Shown here piece after piece: positions 57,054 through 64,000 of a DNA stretch of 64,000 bases. The notes under the pieces are model-generated. The model saw only the letters and a list, made by a program, of their open reading frames with translations, ran no database searches and had not been told where the DNA came from. How positions within the stretch are numbered: position 1 is the stretch's first letter; every line of letters starts with the position of its first letter. Source of the stretch: a bacterium (lineage in GTDB: Bacteria > Electryoneota > Electryoneia > Electryoneales > Electryoneaceae); assembly GCA_963675295.2 (NCBI GenBank), contig CAXXKJ010000002.1, positions 2,144,001 through 2,208,000 of the forward strand, in the 5' to 3' direction. The position numbers were made by a program, and so were the translations under genes.

Positions 57054-58667
57054 CAGACTGCTGACAAACCCCGTCATTTGATGGGGTTTGTTTTGTATTC
57101 ACACGGCACATCCTACTGGTTGGATTTGTGGTGTAGTTGGCAGGTTGTGTTTGGTTCTTCGCTCGATTTTTCTATCGAGACCGTTGAGCGTGGTGCGCTG
57201 GGATAGAAGACCGGCTAAATAGGTCCATAGTCTTGAGATAGAGGGGTGTTTCGCCATTGTCATGGCGATCTTCTTCATGTTCTGGCAGGCGGCGGACAGC
57301 AGGCATTGTTCACGTGCTCCGGCTATCGAGCGCAGCCGGGCATAGCGATGGCCATACAGTTGTTTGGCTTCGCCGAAGCTGCGTTCGACCGTCTCCCGTC
57401 GTCGCCGGTACGTGGCCCGTCCGCGTTCTGTCCGAGCGGTCGCGATCATCTTTTCACGGCTGGCCTGCCACACGTGCCGGGTGACCACCTTGCGGTGATT
57501 GGCGCTTTCGGTGCATTGCTGCAACAGGGGACAGAGGACACAGCACGACGGGTCGGAAACATATTCCTGGTAGCCTTCACGTGTCGTCGTGCGATACGGT
57601 AGTGTCTGGCCGCCGGGACAGTGGTAGACATCCCCCAGCGAATCGTACACAAACAGTCGTTTTGCCAGCATTCCCTTCTTGCGTGTCGTACGTACCGAGC
57701 CGATCACGCCGTCGATCTTTCGATCCTCCAGCCCCTTGCAGATGGCGGCGGTATTGTAGCCGGCGTCGAGACCGACCCTTTCCACCGGGAAGTGGAATTT
57801 GCGAATCTGTGTGTCGAGACGCTCGAGGTAGGGGGTGCTGTCATGTACATTGCCGGGGGTGACATGCGTGTCGGTGATGATTCCGGCCTTGTTGTCTACG
57901 GTACGGTGGTCAAGGTAGAAAAAGCCCTGCGGCTTGCCGTCCCGGACCATGAAGCCGCTGTCCGGATCGGTGGTGCTGACCTTGATTTCCTTTGTCGCCG
58001 GCGGTGATGAATCGTCATTGTCACGTTTCTTCAGTGGCTTTTTGCCATGCGCCAGGCGATCCGCATCCACCGCCTCTTCCAGATCGGACAGATACGACTT
58101 CGTCGCCACTGTCACCTGCCGCTTCTTGAACTTCTTCTTGTTCGCGCTGGCTTTCAGGTGCGTCGAATCGGTGAACAAGACCCGGCCATCGACCAGGCCA
58201 CGACGGATCGCCAGCAGCACGATCTCGTCGAAGATCTCCTGGAAGATGGTGCTTTCACGGAAACGGCGTCGTCGATTCTGGCTGATCGTGGACGCGTCCG
58301 GCACCTTGTCACGCAGATCCAGCCCGAGGAACCAGCGATAGGCAACATTGACCTGGATCTCACGCACCAGCTGACGCTCGGACCGAATTCCGTACAGGTA
58401 ACCGATGAACAACATCTTGAACAGAAGGACAGGGTCAACAGCCGGACGGCCATTGTCGGCGCTGTAGAGATGCTTTACACGATCCCGGATAAACGAAAAA
58501 TCAATTGCCGCATCAATCTTCCGCAAAAGATGATCGTCCGGGACCAAATCGTCAATGTAAATAAGCTCCGCTGCGCTTTGATGAGCTTTGGAAGTAGGTA
58601 GCATCTACAAAGATACAAAACAAATCCCCACAGGTCGAGAGCCCGTGGGGACTTTGTCAGCAGTCTG
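57054..58667 (-). mobile_element. IS1182-family insertion sequence, 15-bp terminal IRs, 16-bp palindromic target duplication
   Basis: CAGACTGCTGACAAA (57054-57068) / TTTGTCAGCAGTCTG (58653-58667); ACGGACTTAAGTCCGT at 57038-57053 and 58668-58683. Confidence 0.9.
57099..58604 (-). CDS. IS1182-family DDE transposase
   Basis: LVPDDHLLRKID, GRPAVDP, GIRSERQL, TDSTHLKA, STTDPDS, DAGY, CPGG, VERSFGEAK. Confidence 0.92.
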   Translation of the reverse strand: MLPTSKAHQSAAELIYIDDLVPDDHLLRKIDAAIDFSFIRDRVKHLYSADNGRPAVDPVLLFKMLFIGYLYGIRSERQLVREIQVNVAYRWFLGLDLRDKVPDASTISQNRRRRFRESTIFQEIFDEIVLLAIRRGLVDGRVLFTDSTHLKASANKKKFKKRQVTVATKSYLSDLEEAVDADRLAHGKKPLKKRDNDDSSPPATKEIKVSTTDPDSGFMVRDGKPQGFFYLDHRTVDNKAGIITDTHVTPGNVHDSTPYLERLDTQIRKFHFPVERVGLDAGYNTAAICKGLEDRKIDGVIGSVRTTRKKGMLAKRLFVYDSLGDVYHCPGGQTLPYRTTTREGYQEYVSDPSCCVLCPLLQQCTESANHRKVVTRHVWQASREKMIATARTERGRATYRRRRETVERSFGEAKQLYGHRYARLRSIAGAREQCLLSAACQNMKKIAMTMAKHPSISRLWTYLAGLLSQRTTLNGLDRKIERRTKHNLPTTPQIQPVGCAV

Positions 58668-58717
58668 ACGGACTTAAGTCCGTGGTAATAGGTTTACTCA
58701 CATCTCACTCCTCACAC

Positions 58718-60658
58718 CTATTCATCCTTCTCACCCGGATGCGGCAGCCCGCACCACGCCCGGAACGCCGCGACCTGTTCGTCCGATGGTTCGTCCACCG
58801 GCTTCAGCTTCACCTTGGCCGGGTTGACCGCTGCGGTCAGGGTTCGTTCCATCAGCTTGCCTTCACGGGCAAGGGTGACGGTCATCGTGTCGCCCGGATC
58901 GAGCGCGGTAATCCGTTCCTGGTAGTTCCAGTCGGCGGTCCCGGAGGCGGCCAGCACCCGCCAGCCGTCAATCGCGACCAGTTCGTCCCCGTTGGACAGC
59001 CCGGCCGTTTCGGCGGGTCCGCCGTCATGGACCGTCTTGCAGATCACTTGCCCGTGTTTCGTCGTGAAGTCGACCCCGAGCCACGCGTTGTCTTCGGGTT
59101 CCTCCAGCTTGAACCCAATCCTGTTCAGCCACAGGTCTTCGTACGGCAGCGGGTCGGTTCCGGTGACAAACCGCTCCCAGAACTCGGTCGGATCGAAGCC
59201 GGTTACATCCTCGATGATGTTACGGACGCCGTCAACATCATACCCCGCACCGGTCTCGAGGTGATTCACCCACAGCTGGTGCATCACGTCGTCGAGCGAT
59301 TTCTCATCGTTGCTCTGCGCCCGGATGGACGCGTCCAGCAACGCCGCGACCAGCGCGCCTTTGCGGTAATAGTGAATGTTGTGGTTGGCGTAGTTCTCAT
59401 CCCGCCGGTAGAACTTGATCCACGCCTCGAAGCTGGCCTCCCGCAGGTTCTGCACGTCCTTGCCGGGATAGCCTTCGTGCGTCTGGATTTCTCGTTCCCA
59501 CAGCTTCAACCAGTCGGTGACCCAGTCACCGGCGTCGTCAAGCGTGGCGAGCCCGCGTCCGGTCAGCAGCACGTCATAGTAGCTGGTGAACCCTTCGATT
59601 TCAAACAGGTTGCGGGTGTAGTTTTCCTGGTCGTAATGGTAGTGATAGAAGTGGTTCGGCCGGATGCTCTTGACGTTCCAGAAGTGGAAATACTCGTGCA
59701 CGCACAGCGTCGCAAACCTCATCCGGTCCCAGCGTGATTTCAGGCTCCAGCGTTCCCACAGCAGCAACGTACCCCGGATATGTTCCAGCCCACCGCCGCC
59801 CTGGTTGTCGAGCACCGTGAGGATGCCGTAATCGTCTACCGGAAGGGCGGGGGAGCGGCCATCGACCAGCTCCATGTCGCCACGCCAGACTTTCTCAACC
59901 TCACGCATCCCCGCTTCGACCAGTGGCAGGATCTCGTCCTGCTTGTAGTTGCCGTCGCCATCAAACACCAGCCGGTGCGGCACGCCACCGATCTCGAACG
60001 GCCATGTGGTCAACGGACCCGCCATCCCGACCGTATCGTAGAACCGGTCATGCCCTGAACCGCGCCATGTGTCCGAATCGCCGGGGATTTTCGTCGCAAT
60101 CACGTCCGACGTCCAACCTTCCGGCACCACGGTCCGGATCGTCCACGCCGACAGTTCCTCGTCCAACGGTGCGACGAACACGCTCGTCGTCTGCCATTCC
60201 GCCCGCAGACTGGTGATGTACGGGGTCCGTACCGTCAGCTCACCGCCGTAGATGCGGTAGCGGATGACCAAATCGTCCCCATCCGCGTGCTCAATCCGCC
60301 ACCGGTCCTTGGCGAACTTCTCAAAGCGTAGCGTGTCCCCGTCCGCGTTGAACGCCTCGAAATGGCTCAGGTTCTTCGCGTACTCACGGATCAGGTATGA
60401 TCCTGGCGACCACACCGGCAGCGTGAGCACAGTCTCCGTCCCGGCACGTTCCGGGAAGCGGCATTCAACGTAGAAGAGACGGTCAGCGCCGTGGGTCATG
60501 TCGAGGGTGTAATGCGCCTCGGTGGACCTTTCGGCGGCGTTTGCAGCGTGCATGGTCATCAGCAGCACCAGGGTTAGCAGGATGGGACGTAACAGCGCGA
60601 GACGATTCGGTCTCACGCTGCGAGATTTCGTATCAAATGGGGGGCGAGCTGTTAGCAT
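58718..60658 (-). CDS. M61 glycyl aminopeptidase family protein with PDZ domain
   Basis: PVWSPGSYLIRE, GGGLEH, HEYFHFWN, EGFTSYY, GPAETAGL; start uncertain. Confidence 0.9.
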   Translation of the reverse strand: MLTARPPFDTKSRSVRPNRLALLRPILLTLVLLMTMHAANAAERSTEAHYTLDMTHGADRLFYVECRFPERAGTETVLTLPVWSPGSYLIREYAKNLSHFEAFNADGDTLRFEKFAKDRWRIEHADGDDLVIRYRIYGGELTVRTPYITSLRAEWQTTSVFVAPLDEELSAWTIRTVVPEGWTSDVIATKIPGDSDTWRGSGHDRFYDTVGMAGPLTTWPFEIGGVPHRLVFDGDGNYKQDEILPLVEAGMREVEKVWRGDMELVDGRSPALPVDDYGILTVLDNQGGGGLEHIRGTLLLWERWSLKSRWDRMRFATLCVHEYFHFWNVKSIRPNHFYHYHYDQENYTRNLFEIEGFTSYYDVLLTGRGLATLDDAGDWVTDWLKLWEREIQTHEGYPGKDVQNLREASFEAWIKFYRRDENYANHNIHYYRKGALVAALLDASIRAQSNDEKSLDDVMHQLWVNHLETGAGYDVDGVRNIIEDVTGFDPTEFWERFVTGTDPLPYEDLWLNRIGFKLEEPEDNAWLGVDFTTKHGQVICKTVHDGGPAETAGLSNGDELVAIDGWRVLAASGTADWNYQERITALDPGDTMTVTLAREGKLMERTLTAAVNPAKVKLKPVDEPSDEQVAAFRAWCGLPHPGEKDE

Positions 60659-60758
60659 GAACCGGAATTCCGTGCAAAACGACGAAGTTAGGAGCGCCTA
60701 AACTAACACACTCCGCATCGACTTGCACGGTTTCCTGGGATAAACCGGGAGTTCTCAG

Positions 60759-62033
60759 TTATTCCGCGCCGCTCATCGCCAGCGAGTGCAACCGCCGCAG
60801 CTGGTTCGCCATCGCGGGGGTAAGCGGTTTGTCTCGTCGTCCGAGGACAACCTCCGCCGTCTGCAGGAACTTGTTGAGGTCATAGATCTCGAATCCATCC
60901 GCGCCACCCCAGCGGAACGCGCCGATGGTCTTCGGCGGGAAGCCGGACCCGAACAGGTTGCTGCCAACACCGATGACGGTACCCGTGTTAATCTGCGTAT
61001 TGATCGCGGTTTTGACGTGATCGCCGATGATACAGCCGAAATGCGCGCTCCCGGTGCTGATCCGTTCGCCCTGGATCACGACATCCACGTTGGAATAGTT
61101 GTTCTTCAGGTCGCTGTTGTTGGTGTCCGCACCGAGGTTGACCCATTCGCCGACGATGGAGTTGCCGAGGAAGCCGTCATGCTGCTTATTCGAGTGGCCG
61201 ATGAAGATGCTTTCGGCAATCTCACCCCCGAGCTTGCACACCGGCCCGATCGACAGCGGACCGTAGAGCTTCGCCCCAGCCTTGATCGTGCAGTTCGCAC
61301 CGATCACGGCCGGTCCGATGATGATCGCACCGGGCATCACCTTCGTGCCTTCCATGATCACGACCGGCCCGTCGCTTGCGTCGAGGATCGCACCGGCACC
61401 GATGGTCGCGCCCGCAGCCACATGGATGTTGGTCTCTTCGACCAGGATCGTGGTGTGATGGACTTCGCCGTCCAGCTGTCCATCGCCGACACGGGGCAAC
61501 GCGTCATGGATGAAGTCACGTTGTTTGTGCAACAAGTCCCACGGCCACCACGCGAGTGCATGTTTGAGTTCGTGAATTTCGACTTCCGGCGCACCACTCT
61601 CCTGCGTCCACAGGTTGATCAACATTTGCGCAGAATAATCGGTGGGGTTCTGAGTCGGGAGTTTGAACCAGCGTCGAGCAACGGAGGACGGAATACGAGC
61701 CGCAACAACGTCTCCACCGTCCACCCACAGCGTGTGAGGGGTTTTTGGAGCCAACCCTTCCACCGGGAGGTCGCCGATCGTCCGTCCATTCACGAGCAGG
61801 ACGTCATCACGAGTCGGCAGATTCGTCGCCCGCGCCCCCTGCGTTTCCTTGACCAGATCCTTGAGCTCAGTCCGCGGAATCCACGAGTATGGTTGCGCGT
61901 CAAACCGTCTGGCGATGCGGTTTCCAAGCGTTTCGAGGCCGAGGACGAGATCCCAGACAGGGCGCAAAGTGGTTAACGGTCCGAAGCGTCGGTAACCCGG
62001 ATCTTCGAACAGAATCAGGGGTATTTGTTTCAT
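60759..62033 (-). CDS. GlmU-like putative sugar nucleotidyltransferase with hexapeptide repeats
   Basis: PLTTLRPV, VNGR, left-handed beta-helix repeats, NKQHDGFLG, GADTNNSDLKN. Confidence 0.85.
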   Translation of the reverse strand: MKQIPLILFEDPGYRRFGPLTTLRPVWDLVLGLETLGNRIARRFDAQPYSWIPRTELKDLVKETQGARATNLPTRDDVLLVNGRTIGDLPVEGLAPKTPHTLWVDGGDVVAARIPSSVARRWFKLPTQNPTDYSAQMLINLWTQESGAPEVEIHELKHALAWWPWDLLHKQRDFIHDALPRVGDGQLDGEVHHTTILVEETNIHVAAGATIGAGAILDASDGPVVIMEGTKVMPGAIIIGPAVIGANCTIKAGAKLYGPLSIGPVCKLGGEIAESIFIGHSNKQHDGFLGNSIVGEWVNLGADTNNSDLKNNYSNVDVVIQGERISTGSAHFGCIIGDHVKTAINTQINTGTVIGVGSNLFGSGFPPKTIGAFRWGGADGFEIYDLNKFLQTAEVVLGRRDKPLTPAMANQLRRLHSLAMSGAE

Positions 62034-62221
62034 GAAATTCCTCCATGGTTGGCGCGGTCAAGGTACGATGCGCAGTTGGCAGCGGCAACATCTTAAGAAA
62101 CAGCTCCATATCTGCCCCAGTTGAGTCTGATGTGATCGTCATCACTTTACTTAGGAGATTGCTAGACCTACTTTACTCCCGTGAGAGAAACCGGGCTGAC
62201 CGTCAAGGCGAGGAAAGCAGA

Positions 62222-62584
62222 ATGAGTTCGCAACGACCCAGAACGTTTATTAAACGTGATGTCGTCGAAATGACCGCCAGAAGTACTGGGCTTGACCCGA
62301 AGGTGGTCGCTCCGATCGTGGATGCTGCATTTACAACAATGCGGGACATGATCGTGAACACTCCAGGTGAGTGTCGTATTGAGATTCGTGATTTCGGCGT
62401 GCTCCAGGTGAAGAACACCGCACCCAAACCGAAAGCTCGCAATCCACGCAAACCTGGGGAAGAGATTTACATCCCGGCACGGCGGAAGACACATTTCCGT
62501 CCTGGGCGCCGCATCAAGGAAGCCCTGCAGAAACCGTTGGATGAGCTCGAACTGGAACGCGGTCACAAACAAGATGGGCGATGA
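62222..62584 (+). CDS. HU/IHF family DNA-binding protein
   Basis: IEIRDFGVL, ARNPRK, IPARRKTHFRPG; start MSSQRP at 62222. Confidence 0.9.
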   Translation: MSSQRPRTFIKRDVVEMTARSTGLDPKVVAPIVDAAFTTMRDMIVNTPGECRIEIRDFGVLQVKNTAPKPKARNPRKPGEEIYIPARRKTHFRPGRRIKEALQKPLDELELERGHKQDGR

Positions 62585-62817
62585 ACGTGAAGTTTTCGAT
62601 TGAGTATTGTGTCGTTTGAAACTACGAACCACGCGCCGCCAGGTTGGCGGACGATTTGGCAAAGGTTTTCCCTGACGCGCAGATCAAGATGATCCACGGC
62701 CGGGGTGGAATATTCGACGTGATGTACGAGGGTGAGCTCGTATTTTCCAAGCACAAGCAGGGGCGTTTCCCGGACAGCCGTGAAGTAATTGGTACGGTCG
62801 AGGAACGGATCCGCTAA
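62581..62817 (+). CDS. SelW/SelT/SelH (Rdx) family selenoprotein, CxxU, 78 aa (absent from ORF track)
   Basis: MNVKFSIEYCVV-TGA-NYEPRAARLA...GRGGIFDV...FSKHKQGRFP; TGA at 62617-62619; ATGA overlap with the HU stop. Confidence 0.9.
62636..62650 (+). promoter_or_regulatory. Bacterial SECIS-like hairpin
   Basis: CCGCCA-GGT-TGGCGG starting 16 nt after the TGA, GGU apical loop. Confidence 0.7.
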
Positions 62818-62842
62818 CCCTTGTCACCAGAACTGTCAATCC

Positions 62843-62867
62843 AAGCACCCTTTTCGGGTGCTTTTTT
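62843..62867 (+). terminator. Intrinsic terminator after HU-Rdx
   Basis: AAGCACCC-TTTTC-GGGTGCTT followed by a T-run. Confidence 0.8.
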
Positions 62868-63105
62868 CGTGCCCGCCCGGATCGACGATTTCAGTGGCAG
62901 GACCACAGATGCCTCACAGTGCCTTCCATTGCGATCAAACTGGCCCGTTTCTACTTTTACGAACTACGGATTCGCGCACCGCGAGTCGACCGCAAATGGC
63001 AACATCCCCAACGGTCTTCAACGATTGTACGGTGTGGGATAATCCCATCCCGCAGTCGATTCAAGCGATACGAGAACGATTTTCCCCTGAAAGAGGAGAA
63101 GCACC

Positions 63106-63702
63106 ATGGCAGTGATGGTTGGCAAGGAAGCCCCGGCATTCAGCGCGATGGCGTACAAGGCGGGCGAAGAGGATTTTCAGACGATCCATCTTCGTGACCT
63201 GCGCGGCAAATGGGTTGTGCTGATGTTCTACCCGGCCGACTTCACGTTTGTCTGCCCGACGGAACTGGTTTCCGTCGCGAATCACTACGCGTCCCTGCAG
63301 GACAAGAAAGTGGAGGTGCTCTCGGTCAGCACTGACAGCCACTTCGTGCACAAGATGTGGAACGAGGTGGAATTGAACAAGATGATCGACGGCGGCCTGC
63401 CGTTCCCGATGCTGTATGACGCAGGTGGCCGCATCGGCAGCGACTACGGTGTTTATGACCCGGAAAGCGCGATGGATGGCCGCGGCACGTTCCTGATCGA
63501 TCCGGACGGCCTGTTGCAGTCCGTCATGATCACCAGCCCGGGCGTTGGCCGTTCCGCGAAGGAACTGATCCGCCAGATCGATGCCTATCAGTACGCGCGC
63601 GAGAACACCGGCAAAGTGGTCCCGGCGGATTGGGAGGCCGGCGGCAAGGTGCTGGACCCGAGCCTCTCGCTGGTCGGTCACGTTTGTGACGTGCCGGAAT
63701 AA
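63106..63702 (+). CDS. Peroxiredoxin (AhpC/TSA family, PrxU-like)
   Basis: FYPADFTFVCPTE, STDSHFVHKMW, RGTFLIDPDG; GAGGAG RBS. Confidence 0.92.
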   Translation: MAVMVGKEAPAFSAMAYKAGEEDFQTIHLRDLRGKWVVLMFYPADFTFVCPTELVSVANHYASLQDKKVEVLSVSTDSHFVHKMWNEVELNKMIDGGLPFPMLYDAGGRIGSDYGVYDPESAMDGRGTFLIDPDGLLQSVMITSPGVGRSAKELIRQIDAYQYARENTGKVVPADWEAGGKVLDPSLSLVGHVCDVPE

Positions 63703-63738
63703 TCCGCTTCGCAGTGACACAGTCAGTACGTTTGATCG

Positions 63739-63770
63739 AACCCGGTGCAACGCGCCGGGTTTTCTTGTTT
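63739..63770 (+). terminator. Terminator-like hairpin after peroxiredoxin
   Basis: AACCCGG...CCGGGTT followed by a T-rich tract. Confidence 0.6.
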
Positions 63771-64000
63771 TTCCGCTTTACAGATCCCTCCAACAACTCG
63801 CCAGCAATTCTTCAATAAGAAGTGCGTCTTCAGCCGGGGCAAGGCTTCGGGAAAACTTAAAGTTCTTACTTCAGATTTGCAGATGCCTGAAGCGGGTCTG
63901 CTGAATCACTTGAGGTTTGAAGTCGGACGCGGAAAATACGACGATCCGCTGAAAGCCTTGCTACCACTCGACATATCCACTGGTATTGCTTGGCCATTTT

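Noticed and set aside
62870-63100. Possible ncRNA or riboswitch upstream of the peroxiredoxin
   Set aside because: No recognisable conserved motif by eye; an Rfam search would be needed
63775-64000. Possible gene fragment at the right edge
   Set aside because: No frame could be assigned with confidence

Overview
GC-rich bacterial chromosomal window, probably from an FCB-group lineage (inferred from four secreted proteins ending in T9SS/Por-type C-terminal sorting domains). The first 23 kb is accessory. It holds a 1570-aa acyl-CoA ligase / kinase-like / GNAT fusion and an array of six secreted proteins with variable, lower-GC N-termini on conserved C-terminal modules. It also holds two copies of an uncharacterised 'small protein + alpha/beta hydrolase' pair (one internally deleted, one split by an in-frame TAG) and an IS200-type element. 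Housekeeping DNA follows: infC-rpmI-rplT (infC appears to start at ATC), five tRNAs, Usp, an antiporter, acetoacetate-CoA ligase, rsmI, a pullulanase-like GH13, YbbR-like protein, tsaD, a carboxyltransferase, an ABC permease, a symporter, M61 peptidase, HU/IHF and a peroxiredoxin. Two AT-rich P-loop NTPase genes interrupt this stretch, one a metallophosphoesterase-STAND fusion that is a defence candidate. An IS1182-family element sits in a REP-like palindrome with a 16-bp target duplication. The ORF track misses or truncates two probable selenoproteins: an Omp28-like UxxC protein with a T9SS tail (11219-12670) and a SelW/Rdx CxxU protein (62581-62817), each with a SECIS-like hairpin. All family calls are by-eye motif recognition; no database search was run.
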